64,000 nt of DNA from Craspedostauros australis (Eukaryota), in NCBI GenBank assembly GCA_030167865.1, contig JALAGF010000286.1:1-64000 (forward strand), in the 5' to 3' direction. Of this stretch, positions 1 through 11,961 are shown one piece after another. Position 1 is the stretch's first letter, and each line of letters starts with the position of its first letter. A model generated the notes under the pieces. The model ran no database searches. It was not told where the DNA came from and was given only the letters and a program-made list of their open reading frames with translations. A program made the position numbers and the translations under genes.

Positions 1-915
1 CCATCAGTAGAGTTGCCTCCAGAACCATTGCCGCCGGAGCCATCGGTGGAGTTGCTTCCGCTTCCGTTGCCGCCAGAACCATCAGTAGAGTTGCCTCCAG
101 TACCATTGCCGCCGGATCCATCGGTGGAGTTGCCTCCGCTTCCGTTGCCGCCGGAGCCATCGGTAGAGTTGCCTCCATTGCCGTCGCCACCAGATCCATC
201 AGTAGAGTTTCCTCCAGTACCATTGCCGCCGGAGCCATCGGTAGAGTTGCCTCCGCTTCCGTTGCCGCCGGAGCCATCGGTGGAGTTGCCTCCGCTTCCG
301 TCGCCACCAGATCCATCGGTGGAGTTGCCTCCAGTACCATTGCCGCCAGAACCATCGGTAGAGTTGCCTCCGGTGCCGTTGCCGCCAGAGCCATCGGTAG
401 AGTTTCCTCCAGTACCGTCGCCTCCGGATCCATCGGTAGAGTTGCCTCCGCTTCCGTTGCCGCCAGATCCGTCGGTGGAGTTGCCTCCAGTGCCGTCGCC
501 TCCGGAGCCATCGGTAGAGTTGCCTCCGTTTCCGTTGTTTCCATCACCACCAGATCCATCAGTGGAGTTTCCTCCAGTGCCATTGCCGCCGGAGCCATCG
601 GTAGAGTTGCCTCCGTTTCCGTTGCCGCCAGAGCCATCGGTGGAGTTTCCTCCAGTACCATTGCCGCCGGAGCCATCGGTAGAGTTTCCTCCAGTACCAT
701 TGCCACCAGAACCATCGGTAGAGTTGCCTCCGTTGCCGTCGCCTCCGGATCCATCGGTAGAGTTGCCTCCGTTTCCGTTGTTTCCATCGCCACCAGATCC
801 ATCGGTGGAGTTTCCTCCGTTGCCTCCAGTACCGTCACCGCCAGATCCATCAGTCGAGTTGCCTCCATTGCCGTCGCCTCCGGATCCATCAGTCGAGTTG
901 TCGCCGTCTGTACTA
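1..915. repeat. Coding minisatellite, ~39-bp unit (some 48 bp), at least 23 copies
   Basis: The core ccatc(a/g)gt(a/g/c)gagtt recurs about every 39 nt and encodes a 13-aa unit on the minus strand. Confidence 0.95.
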
Positions 916-1862
916 TTCGTGTCGATGATAATGGTCAGATCGTCGCTGCTGTCATCGTCTCCTCCGACGATGGGACCGCCATTGATCGCCTCCTCGCGTG
1001 TTTCGCCCAGCCAGACGACGTTTTGCACGCCGAATCTATCAAGGACTTTCAAGGCCAGGCCGTCTTCAATGTAGATTTGGACGCTGTCGAGGATGTTGGC
1101 GAAGAATCTGCTGTTGTCTGTGAACTTGTCCGCAATGACTTGGATGGCGGCATGGATCACTTTACATTCATTCACGAGATCGTTGGTCATGTTGAAGTTG
1201 CAAGGGACTTTTGTTTTCGTTGTAGTTGTTATTGGCGTTGTTTGTTCAAATCGGTGTCACAGGGCACGTGAATGAGATAGAAAATGGATTGTATCGTATG
1301 AATACGAGTCGACAGGTGTAGAATTGGGTGAGGAAACGTCCGTGGTATAACCCTTGGCAACAACAAACGCACATCAATCTCAGAAGACTCTCAACAAGCG
1401 AATCCTGTCCGTGCATCCCACATCACCAGCGCAGCACTTACTGTCTTCTTGGATGAAATCGAGGGAGGAGTACATGCGAAGGATCTCCAATTCACGATGA
1501 TGCTGATGACTTGGACCACCACGCAGGTTGCGGGTGGCCGGTCTGAAGCACCATTGCTGCTTGGAATCGACGTAGACGAAGGATTCCAAACTCATCTCCT
1601 CCAGCACGTGGCGTGACACAGTTGCGCTGGTCTCGATGGCGTAGAAGTACTCCACATTGACGGCGATCCATTCTTCGATGTCGTCGCCGTCTGATTTGAC
1701 GATGCAGTCAAACTCTTCTTCGATGTTGTCGACCCGGTCTCTAAGGAAACGTGTCGCGGGAAGTCCCGATGGACTCGTGGGCATGTCCGATGCTTGCTGC
1801 GCAAGCGCTGCGACGACGCATGTTGCCAACAGGAGGCACGCTTTGCCTGCGTTGCCCAACAT
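1..1862 (-). CDS. Secreted or cell-surface protein (3' end outside the window): signal peptide, RxL-containing Cys domain, then a long G/N/S/T/D repeat; exons 1862-1442 and 1207-<1
   Basis: The N-terminus is hydrophobic (MLGNAGKACLLLATCVVAALA). A GTAAGT donor at 1441 and an AAG acceptor at 1208 join in frame (IQED-I-PCNFNMT). The frame stays open to position 1 through repeats of GGNSTDGSGG(N/D)G(T/S/N). RFL, RNL and REL motifs are present. Confidence 0.8.
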
Positions 1863-2655
1863 GGTGAATCTCTCCGCCGTGGCCGTTGTCTCTGCTGTTG
1901 CTGTTGCCGTTCACGTTGCTTCTGCTCTTGCGTCCTTGTGCTGTGTCTGCAGTTGCAGTGTTTGCCGTCGTTGCTGCTATCACTGCCGTTGTTGCAAGTG
2001 CTCCTACGGTTCGTGCCGCTCTTTGGTATCGCTATTGTTCGCGATGCTCTTTTGACGGTCTCTCGCTGCAGTTGCGTACAGGTCCGAGTTTGTGATCCTC
2101 GCATGTCTGCGACCGAGAAGCGAGAAATTGTGAAGGCAATCGGTTTGTACACATATTCATGTCCGAGTATATTTATGTTCTAATATCGCTGAATAGGATC
2201 TACTTACGGCTTCACGACGTCACATCGTCGTCCGAATGTCCCAACGGTTACACTCCAGTTGTCCTTCCAGACCCTCAGTCTCGTCAAAAGACACAAAAGC
2301 GCAAGATCACGCACGCTATCGCGAACAACTCGCTGGTCGGAGTAGTGTGAGAACAGTTGTCACAATAGTCGAATGAACAACGTTGACATAACGTTCACAT
2401 ATACGACGGTTATGATTCCAGAAACAACTCGGAGTACTCTTGTAGAGATACCAATTCCAAATTGGTTCTTGTTTACTCAGTTTACGCGTACTGAAACATC
2501 CATCAGCAACACTCGCCAAACAAGACCCAACGGAGGCGCGCCGGTCGTCCCTACAATCCACCACACAAATGAAAATCAAGACTTCGACATTTCGAATTGC
2601 TACTAAAATACACATGATACTAAGGGAGACCACGGCTACGGCTACGACGACTCTT

Positions 2656-5600
2656 CTAGACCAGCTGCTGCCGGTTGTCCTTGTCTTCCTGCGGCTTCGA
2701 AACCGTTAGGTCGAAGACGCCGCTGCGCTTCGTTGACTGCGATGCGACTGATGCATCTTCGCTGCGCGGTGGACGTCCGCGCGATGCGGATCGTCCACGT
2801 CTGCGCGCGCTGGGCTTCGCCTTGCCGACGACGCTGCCGGGCTGCAGCGGTGTGGGGCGCAGAGATCGCGATCGGCTGCTGTCGCGGTTCTTGCTCACCG
2901 ACTTGCTGCGGCGCTTGGACTTGCTGCGGGAGCGCGATATGCCACGGCGCGTCGACTTCGATCGGCGGCTGGCGCTGTCGGAGACGAGCTTGTCCTGCAT
3001 GGAGGATGAGCCGGCCTTTCGTCGCTTGCGCTTGCGGCGCTTTCGGTTGAGATCGCGGAAGAAGAAGCCGAGGTAGGACTCTCCACGGCGGCGCTTTTTG
3101 CGTGCTCTCGCGAGGAAGATGGAGACGGACAGCGTCACGGCCATGAGCCCGATGAGCATGACGGCGAACTGTCCCACGTCGCTGAGCGACTGCCAGTCAT
3201 AGGCCGATGCCTTGCCCTTGTGATGCTTCATGAAACACTTGTCGAGATGGAAGTTGTGCGGTTCATCGCAGCCTCCGTACCAGGTTGGAGCTGGCGAGAA
3301 GGTCGGCGGCATGGAGCCACCGTTGTACTGCACCCACGATCCTCCAAGGTCTGGCTTGAATACTTCGTACACATCGAGACGGTTGAGGAAGAGGGCGAGG
3401 CATCCACCGGCGGGGCAGAATCGGGTGGTACCGACGGCCACGCCGGTTGGATACTGAGAACGCCAGTAGTTGACATAGTTGTTGCACCGGGCGAGGTATC
3501 CGGCGGCGGAGTCCTCGTCGTGGAAGCGCGGTGCGTAGGCCAAAGTCATCTGCGGGCAGAAGCCTCCGCTGCCCGTGCCTGATGGTCCGCATCCGTACTT
3601 GGCGCGATCGCCGGCAGCGTGCATGGAGCAAGACGTGTAGAGACCGAGATCGTTTTGGGGAGAGTCGTAGTTCCAGGCGATGCCAAGCTCTTTGCACAAG
3701 TTATCGTAGAGGTAGGCCAATGCGGAGGATGTGTCCGCTTCGAATTGGAGCTTTGCGTGACCGTCCTCGTCGATGAAGACGAAGGCTGGCTTGATGTAAA
3801 GCGTACCGAAATCGAGCTTTCGTGCGACCTTGATGAGATCTCCCAGAGAAAGACCTCCCTGTGTTGCCGATGTGGCGAAAAGAAGCAGAGGAGGGTGGAA
3901 AATCATGGATAGAAGATGGTGAGCTTTCACATTGGCACAAACCAAAAGAGAACGGTACAATTCGCAATGCACAAAAACGTACCATGTTGTTGTTCGTCGT
4001 TCCCGTGTAAAAGATGGGGATATGTGCCGTATCCTTGTCGACGATCGACCCGACGGCGTTGCCGAGTTCCTCTCCGATCAACCAACCGTGATTGGTGCCG
4101 AACGAGGCGATGTAGGTTCCGTTACGGTCCGCGAGGTACTCAAAGTCGAACTGTTCCTGGAAGGAGTTGGTGGACTGCAGCTTGGAATCGGACGTTCTCG
4201 AGAGCGGGATGCCGAAGAAGGTTTCGCCCTCCTGCTTGCAGTCGGGTGGCAGATCCCAGCCATCCGTCATGTCGTGCTTCGCCATCTGCGCGTTGAAGGA
4301 ATAGGCGTTGTGCTCGTAGCTGCTCCCGTCGTTGTCACCGCTGCCAGAGTAATCGAAGGAGATGGAATCGGTGGATGAGTAGAATCCCTGGACGGTGTCG
4401 TAGTTCTTCTCCATCATCTGTGCGTAGGTGGATTCGCTGGAGGTGAGACCACGCGAGGGAGAGAATGCCTTGGTGATGTTGGCACGGTCGAAGAAGAAGT
4501 ATAGGTTTCCGAATCCCACGAGCTGCTTCTTTCCGCCGCGTCCTGGTGGGAAGGCCGCGTAACCGGAGGATCCGATGGGTGTACCGTAGGGGTACATGGC
4601 CTGCCAGACGGCGACCTCGAGGTTGGCCTTGTACATGTAGTCCTGCTGATGGTAGCCAGACCAGAACTTGACACCACGCGACATGGAGACGTGCGGATCG
4701 GTGTCGTGATCGTCCATGCAGGGTCCGCCACCGACGTTGTCCATGGCGGTGAAAAGATCGTCGAGGAACGTTTCGTAGTCGGAGTATGAGTCACCGTCCT
4801 GGTAATTCTCCACGACGGAGACGATGAGGGTGACGTCGCTGGATGGGACGGAACTATCGCTGCCGTCGTCGCCGGAGTGATGGCCGCCGCCACCCTTGAG
4901 GTACTCTGGGAAGATGGAGAAGGGTTCGAAGTTGATGTTCTGCATGGCTGAGTAGACCTGGTTGATGGAGGTACCACCGGAGTCGGGGTCCAGGTTACCA
5001 ATTCGCAACAGCTCGGTATGTGAAGAGTCGATGTAACTGAGTATGGCAACGCATATGGATGAAAGGAAGTGAGATGGGGTGAGTGGATCCGTCAAGTGGA
5101 GCAACATGCATTCAACATGCATTCAACATGATGATACTTACGGCATCTTTCCAGAGTAATCAAAGGTCTTGTATCCGCCGCCGACGAGCCAACCATCCTC
5201 GTCCATGGACATGACGTAGTCGTAGTTGCGATCGATGATGTTCTCCATGGGGAACTGATCGCAGAGCTGGTAGGAGTATGGGTTTCCGTATGGCGTGTTG
5301 ACGGAGAAGGAGATGCCAATGAAGGACAGACCATCCTGGGAGCAGTCCGAATCTCCGGAGTCATGCGATGGTGTCTCGCCGGATTCGCAGTCCTCGCCAT
5401 AGATCCCGCACATGTCGGAAGCGCCGTAGTCTGCGTAGTCGTAGCAGCATCCTGTGAGCTGCGACGACAGTACACGGCTCTCGTTGTCTGGTGCATCGGC
5501 ATCGATCTCGTTAAACAGCTTGTTCTGTCCTCGGAGTCCAGTCGAAGCATCCGACGATGATGAAGATGATGATGAGGAGGAGGACGATGAGGAGGAGGAC

Positions 5601-5944
5601 TTGTACAGGGTGGCATCACCCGGTCGTTCTGGTGCATCGCTGTCTTCGGACTGCGAGAATCGTTGCCACGGTGCCTTGATGGGCTGCGCTTTGTTTGTGT
5701 CTGGTGCGTTGTTGGCATTGGTTGGTGAGATGGCGTCTCTGTCCACGTTGTCTGGGTTGATTCTGGCAGATCTGTAGGACTGCCCCTCGATGGGATGGCC
5801 GTTGTCATGGTACTTGTGCGTTCTACCGCTCTCATGTCTGGCTTTCACAATGCGAGATCTGTCAGCCAGCTTGGCCTCTGCCATCGTCGCCACCGTCCAT
5901 GCGGTCGCCACCAGAGCCGTGGCTGTTGTGCCGAAGAACCTCAT
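2656..5944 (-). CDS. Orphan type I membrane protein (~1019 aa) with possible tandem 2H-phosphoesterase-like domains and an R/S/K-rich tail; exons 5944-5142, 5036-3983, 3858-2656
   Basis: Signal peptide MRFFGTTATALVATAWTVATMA. Two GT-AG introns (5141-5037 and 3982-3859) join three long ORFs in frame (3060 nt total). A single TM segment, FAVMLIGLMAVTLSVSIFLA, is followed by RARKKRRR. Confidence 0.8.
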
Positions 5945-6763
5945 GTTGCTGTGCAATATGGAATGGCAGAGTGCAGGACTCTCTTCTGCTGCGTTCTGCT
6001 ATGTTCTGGTGTGAAGCCTCCAAGAGTTGACCTGTCCGTCGATTCAAGCAACAGCGGCAACAGCGTGTGGATGCGCACCCAAAGCTTTCAATGAATGAAT
6101 GAATGGATGGATGAATGAGTGTGGTGCTGTAAACTTCGATGAGAGGCGGAGCAACTCAGGATGCAGTTTGACGGAACCTCCAAGGATGTTGCCACGGCCG
6201 TCCTCTTCGATGCAAGGTCGCAACGGATGGCGTATGTATCGTCGTATGTATTGCCGAATGTATTGTCGTATGTGTTTGGCACCTTGCTGAATTCGTACGA
6301 TTGGACTTCAGTAGAGTATAGCGGGGTGGCGTACTGCTGCGATGCGTGGCTTGATCTGAGTTCGGATCGGTATAGTATGATATAGTAAAGTATGGTGCAG
6401 TATGGCAGGTATGATCACGATGCAATGCGCAGTAGCGCAAGCTGATCAAGATGTTGTTGCGGACAATCAGTTGGATGGATGGATGGATGGATGGTTGAAT
6501 GGATTCCAAGCACAGCTGATCGTGACACCAACAGCACTGGTAGCAGAGTGCGTGCGTAGAGTATTGATTGTGGTTGTGGCGTCCTATAATGGGATGTAAC
6601 AGCAAACGTATGGCCGCTGATGATGGAACGCAATGCAACTCGGAGGCCAATGCTGAGGTGAGTCGCTTGGTTGCTTCTGTTCTTTGATGAGCGCTCTTGC
6701 TTTCTGTTTCGATACGATACAACTGATGGCGTCCGCTTCTCCCCTCTTTGTTGCCTTTGTTTT

Positions 6764-6874
6764 GATTTTGGTATCGGTGTTGTTGTTGTTGGTTGTCGTT
6801 GTTGTTGTTGACGATGTAGTTGTTGTTGTTGTTGTTGTTGGCAGTAGTGGTTGCGTTGTCGTTGTTGATGATGA
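6764..6874. repeat. Imperfect (GTT)n microsatellite tract; (GATG)n tracts nearby at ~6090-6120 and ~6472-6495
   Basis: Simple repeats directly visible in the spacer. Confidence 0.85.
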
Positions 6875-7902
6875 TACACACAAGCAGCATGGGTGGATGC
6901 TTCTCCTTGATACTCGTGCAACTGCTGCGTCGCGCCAACCTGCACGAACGTCCGTGATGTTGTTTACTCATACAGAGGATGGCAGTGGCGACTCTGTCGA
7001 CCAAACAAGAACAACAGAGTAAACGAATTTTCAATGTCCGCCATGCGACGTTTTGGCGGATTTTGAACGGCGTATGCGACACGGCTTGCTCCTATTTTTA
7101 TTCATATCCGAATACCTGTATAAATGGCCACAAAGCCGCGCAATGCGTCCCTGTTTCTCCGTGGTTGTGGAGGCAACGCCGGCCGTTACGAATTTGAACC
7201 GATGACATGCCGGAGCGTTACCAATCCTCCATTTTTCTGCTGGCGTTTGATCCATCGAGTCGATCAGTGTTGTCGTCTGGCCTTCTGTGCGAATCAACTC
7301 AACACAACGAACGATGACACACAACACATGAACAACAAGACAAGAGAGACGCACAAGAGAGCGGCGATGATGACGACGATGACAACAACGAGGAGAAAAG
7401 CCAATCCGTTTGCCGTTGCTCTTTGCGCGTCCCTCCACCTCTCAGCACGTATCCATCTCCTCCTCGATCTTGGGCCCACATTCTCAACGGCTCAATACGT
7501 GTGCATAGAGTAGCCGGCATATGGCAGTATAGTCGATGCCGCAGATAGATCCGTGCATCCAAGCGCACCAAGGCATCCATCCGCTGACGCATTGATCGAT
7601 CCAAGAGAGACCAAGATTCGGTTGATGCAAACAGACGATTCAAGGCCCTCGATCCACACCACACGACTTGGGTTCCACGGTCATTGAGCGTCGCAGCTGT
7701 CATTGTGACCGCGAAACGCCCGACCAATCACATCACCGTTCCAACCACCGTTCCACTCACAAAACAAACCCACAAAACAAAACAAACACAAACACACCGA
7801 ACAGCGCGAGCACTCGGCGAGTACCGAGAGGATACCAGACGAGTAGACGCTTGAAGAGACACGCACAGCAGCACATTATAGTCGTGCGAAGACTGCCGAA
7901 CA

Positions 7903-10674
7903 ATGGCGAAACGCAAAGCATCCGCGGAAGAGGAGGACAACGATGTCGAGAGCATCGATGAGGCCAACGACGAGACCGACGATGTGGATCCCGGCCTCGT
8001 CTCACCCGAGGGTGCTACCACGAGGGGTATGGGCTTGCGATCGGGACGCAAGAAGCGTCGCCGCAGTGCTGGCACCACGGGATTGACGCCGCCCAACACG
8101 GTCGCCAAGCGTGCGAGACGTGCCAGGGCGGCTGCGGATGTCAATCATGCTGTGGATGCCGTCGATGCTGTAGATGTGGAGGGAGAACCTCAGCAGCAGC
8201 AACAACAGGAGCAACAACAGCAGCAGCCAGAAGAAGCAGAGATGGAAGCAGGGGATGGCGAAGATGACACAGAGATGCCAGGTGATGATGATGATGATGA
8301 TGTCAACATTGCCAACGATACAAACGATGCAAACCATACAAACGACAATCAAGATGCCAATACAGCAGAAGATGTGACCATGGAGGCTACAGCCACCACC
8401 ATGGCCACCACGAATGACCAACCCATCGATGACTCCAACGGTGTCTCTAACGGGGATGAACAACCACAGCAGCAGCTTGCGCCAAACGATCATCAGCCGA
8501 ATGGCACGGCGACGCACGACGAACAGCCAGCCGCCAAAATGGTGCAAAAGCTAAGGCTTCCGTCGCAGCACACGCCCGGCAATCTGCACGAAACGGAGAG
8601 AATAACCACATCCCTGCGAGACGCACCCAACCTAGAATCGACCCGCAAGTTCCTCTTCTCTTCCGTCAGCGCCGCCGCGTCCACCAATCTCGACGCACTG
8701 CCACCCACCACCAACGACGCCAAACTGCCTCACGCCCACACCAACGGGGATGCACCCTCCATCAGTTCCACGCAGGCGCCAATGCGCGATGGATCATCCA
8801 CCATCAACCCAAACACGGCATCCTACACCAGCGGCAGCAACATCAATGAGGACGTCATGCACTTCAAACCCAACTTTGCGGACGACGATCTCAACGACGA
8901 TCCTTATCAGCAGTATCGACCAGAGACGGAGTACGACGATTTCATCGACTTGCACCCCGTCGTCACGCGACTTGCCAATCCCCTCAGCTGGTTCGCCATC
9001 CTCCTCGCGCTGCAGGTCATTTTCCATGGCGTCTGGATCAACCCCATCCTCAGCAGCGTCATGACCTCCACCAACATCCTCCTCTACATCTACGGACACA
9101 TCTTCCCGACGCCCAACCGAACGGTCATCGAGGTCTCACCACTGCCGCCGCCAGCACCTACTCCTGAGATCGACGCAGCCGAGGAACCAATCCAAATCGA
9201 ATGTCAATCATCCAACATCTTCAACCACATCGCCGAGCTCGACGACAGCCTCAAGCCCACAACGGCAAACCAAAACGCCATCCGACAGCGCGACGCCGCC
9301 CTCGATCAACGATTCGATGATCTCAGATTCCATGAGCACAACCTCCTGCAGCAGCAGCAATCATTGCAGGAGATTCACGCCCTCCTGACTCAGGCCTTGC
9401 AGACCCGCGATCCCACTGCGGCGCGTCATGTCATTGCCCACTTCGGCGTGCAACGGTGGCAGATCGTGGATACGTCCAGCATTCCGCTGTGGGATGTGGC
9501 GGATCCGCCGCAGTGTCCTGATGACGACGAACAAGACTCATTCGAGTTTGATGATGACGACGAAGATTATGAACAGGATATCGCAGCAGACGAAGCGTTC
9601 ATCAGTCAGTTCGGGAGGGAAGGTGAACTCGTGTTGCAGGGTTACGACGCGGATCTGGAACAAGTGGACGATGACGACTATGACAATGATGAGGAGGAGG
9701 AAGCAGAGGATTCCAATGGACTTGTCATGGAAGATCTCGTCGATCCATCCATAGTCGACCGCAAGCTGCGAGAGTTGCGTTTGGTGGCACGCCAAACCGC
9801 ATTGCAGATGCGTCGATCGCGTTCCATCCCAGGACAAATACGTGAGAGCGTCAAGCAATCCCTGGCGGAACTCGGTCTGATCGACTTGGTGGAGGAGGGC
9901 ACTGTGGCGATTCATGCGGACATCGAACAAGACGACGACGGCGAGGAGGTCACGGGACTTGCATCGCCTGTGCCGGAGTATGTCTTTGCCAACATCACGG
10001 AGCTGGATGCCATGATCGAAGACCTCATCGATGTGCAACGTGCCGACCGTACCGGCGAGCTGGACTACGCTTCCATCCTCATGGGTGCCAAGGTCATCCG
10101 ATCCGGTCCACGTGCGACCTCTTCGTCCTTGGTCGACACGCTGCCTGCCGGCAACCGACTCATGGCTCTAACGGGGTTGAAGTTCTACGGCTACGGTCCC
10201 GAGGCAGCGCTAGTGCCAACCTACCCGGTCCACAGCCCCGGCCAATGCTGGTCCTTCGTGCCAGACACCATGTCCAAGAAGCAACGACGCGAGATGCTGC
10301 TGTCCGGTTCCACCGAGGTCGAGTCGCAGTACAAGGGACAGTTCGGCACCCTCACCATCCAATTGGCACGCCCCATCCACGTGACGAGCATCGTCTTGGA
10401 GCACCCGCCCGTCACGGCGCAGCAAACCGCAATCCGCGACGTCCGCGTCATCGGTTACACTTCCCCAGATGCCACGGGCAAATCCTGGCACATCGGAGCC
10501 TTCTCCTTCACGCCATCCAACGGCGATCTGCAGGAGCTCCACGTGGCCACCATGATCGCCGACAGTCCGGTGCCGCCATTGCGATCCATCACGTTGGCCA
10601 TCGACACGAACTGGGGCGGCGATTACACCTGCCTCTATCGATTCCGCGTGCACGGGACGCCGCCGTCCGAATGA
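7903..10674 (+). CDS. SUN (Sad1/UNC-84) domain inner nuclear membrane protein
   Basis: The C-terminus has SUN motifs PGQCWSF, LTIQLARPIHVTSIVLEH and NWGGDYTCLYRFRVHG. There is a basic NLS-like N-terminus, a central hydrophobic TM region and a coiled-coil-like segment. Confidence 0.92.
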   Translation: MAKRKASAEEEDNDVESIDEANDETDDVDPGLVSPEGATTRGMGLRSGRKKRRRSAGTTGLTPPNTVAKRARRARAAADVNHAVDAVDAVDVEGEPQQQQQQEQQQQQPEEAEMEAGDGEDDTEMPGDDDDDDVNIANDTNDANHTNDNQDANTAEDVTMEATATTMATTNDQPIDDSNGVSNGDEQPQQQLAPNDHQPNGTATHDEQPAAKMVQKLRLPSQHTPGNLHETERITTSLRDAPNLESTRKFLFSSVSAAASTNLDALPPTTNDAKLPHAHTNGDAPSISSTQAPMRDGSSTINPNTASYTSGSNINEDVMHFKPNFADDDLNDDPYQQYRPETEYDDFIDLHPVVTRLANPLSWFAILLALQVIFHGVWINPILSSVMTSTNILLYIYGHIFPTPNRTVIEVSPLPPPAPTPEIDAAEEPIQIECQSSNIFNHIAELDDSLKPTTANQNAIRQRDAALDQRFDDLRFHEHNLLQQQQSLQEIHALLTQALQTRDPTAARHVIAHFGVQRWQIVDTSSIPLWDVADPPQCPDDDEQDSFEFDDDDEDYEQDIAADEAFISQFGREGELVLQGYDADLEQVDDDDYDNDEEEEAEDSNGLVMEDLVDPSIVDRKLRELRLVARQTALQMRRSRSIPGQIRESVKQSLAELGLIDLVEEGTVAIHADIEQDDDGEEVTGLASPVPEYVFANITELDAMIEDLIDVQRADRTGELDYASILMGAKVIRSGPRATSSSLVDTLPAGNRLMALTGLKFYGYGPEAALVPTYPVHSPGQCWSFVPDTMSKKQRREMLLSGSTEVESQYKGQFGTLTIQLARPIHVTSIVLEHPPVTAQQTAIRDVRVIGYTSPDATGKSWHIGAFSFTPSNGDLQELHVATMIADSPVPPLRSITLAIDTNWGGDYTCLYRFRVHGTPPSE

Positions 10675-11559
10675 GAAGGAGAGAAGAGTATTGTATAATA
10701 CTTGACTTCAAGCATGCGCATGCAACATGTAACATAATATTATACTCGAATATAACGCAATCTCTAGCGTGCATACAGTTTTATTGATGTGCAATAGAGC
10801 AAGCGTGCACTCCTTGATGCTGTTTGTCGATGGCAGTGTTGCCCACAAGAGAAGAGAAGGTTGCTTGACACTCGTTCTTGGATACGGATCGAGAGACGAT
10901 GGGGGGAGGAGGGAAGGAGCACGAGACCTTCTCTCGATTTTGCTCTCTGAACGGTATCTGGAATGAGGTTGAGAAAGAAAACAGCCTTCGCAGCCATGCG
11001 TAGTCGCAGGTTCACAGGAGGTGTGATCTTGAACGAGCCAAAATTGTTTCCCATCTGATCCGAGGAAGTCACGAACGCAAAACAGAATGCGGTTATTTTA
11101 TCAATCGCTTCGAGAACAGTTAAGGTGACACTGTCCTGATGTGGTGCAGAAAGTGTTTCTTGCTCAGACGAGCACAAGGTCACGAAGCCGGTTGGCCGAC
11201 TCGTGGATCCACCTTCTGCGTGTCATGTGATGTCGTGTCTCTCTTGGTTGCATTTCTTCTTCCTGTTCGGTATCCAGACGAGCCACATGATGTGAGGGTC
11301 ACTGTTGCGATCAGGTCGCTATCACACTCTCCTCGTGTTGCCTGCGATTTCATGTTGCTGAAGCCGCGTCCTTGATTGCGATTGTGGTCGGTTTGCAGCT
11401 GATTGCAGAGGGTTCCGAGTTGTTTGTCATCAATCAATCCATTCCTCGAAATTGGCTCACAAAATCAAATCTGCATCAACTCGCAACCCTTTCGGTCAAC
11501 GCGCGCACACCAACGCACACATACACATACCCCCAATCAACAACAACAAACACGCAATC

Positions 11560-11961
11560 ATGGCTCCGAAGATCTGTCACGGGTTCCTCTGCACCTACCT
11601 CGCTTGCGACTTTGATGACATCAAGTGTCTGGCCCGCGAACAAACAGAGTTCCTCTGCATCACGCACGGATGCTGCATCGCCATCGATGATATGGACAAC
11701 CACATGGGCATGGGCGTGGTGACAGATGAGAGCAAGGGAGAGATCTGCAAGATCGGGCTCGTATGCTGCAACCTTGGCCTCAAGACACCGCAGACCTGCA
11801 TTGCCGGGACGGCGCACTGCCTGTGCATGAAGGAAGTTGTCAGTCTGCCATGTACCGAAGAGTACCTCAACGAGCCAGTCTGCGCCATCTGCTGCCTCTC
11901 CCTCGCACCCAACTGCGGCTGCTGCGTCGAAGCACCCAAGTGTCCTGCCATGGAACGCTAA
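11560..11961 (+). CDS. Small Cys-rich protein (133 aa, 21 Cys), no signal peptide
   Basis: The ATG follows a CA-rich leader, codon usage looks coding, CC and CxC motifs recur, and a decayed paralog lies about 0.9 kb downstream. Confidence 0.85.
   Translation: MAPKICHGFLCTYLACDFDDIKCLAREQTEFLCITHGCCIAIDDMDNHMGMGVVTDESKGEICKIGLVCCNLGLKTPQTCIAGTAHCLCMKEVVSLPCTEEYLNEPVCAICCLSLAPNCGCCVEAPKCPAMER

Noticed and set aside
1-915. CRISPR-like periodicity
   Set aside because: There are no unique spacers and no cas genes; it is an in-frame coding tandem repeat in a eukaryotic gene.
13-1074. 353-aa Pro-rich plus-strand ORF (PPEPSVEL repeats)
   Set aside because: It is the antisense shadow of the Gly-rich repeat. 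The minus strand has the signal peptide, the splice sites and the invariant motif.
6000-7900. Several ORFs of 100-300 aa
   Set aside because: They arise from stop-poor microsatellites (poly-N/Q/T/V) and have no domain signal; probably UTR or promoter sequence.
10760-11450. Possible gene or transposon remnant
   Set aside because: I could recognise no transposase or RT motif, terminal repeat or coherent frame; a tblastx search would be needed.
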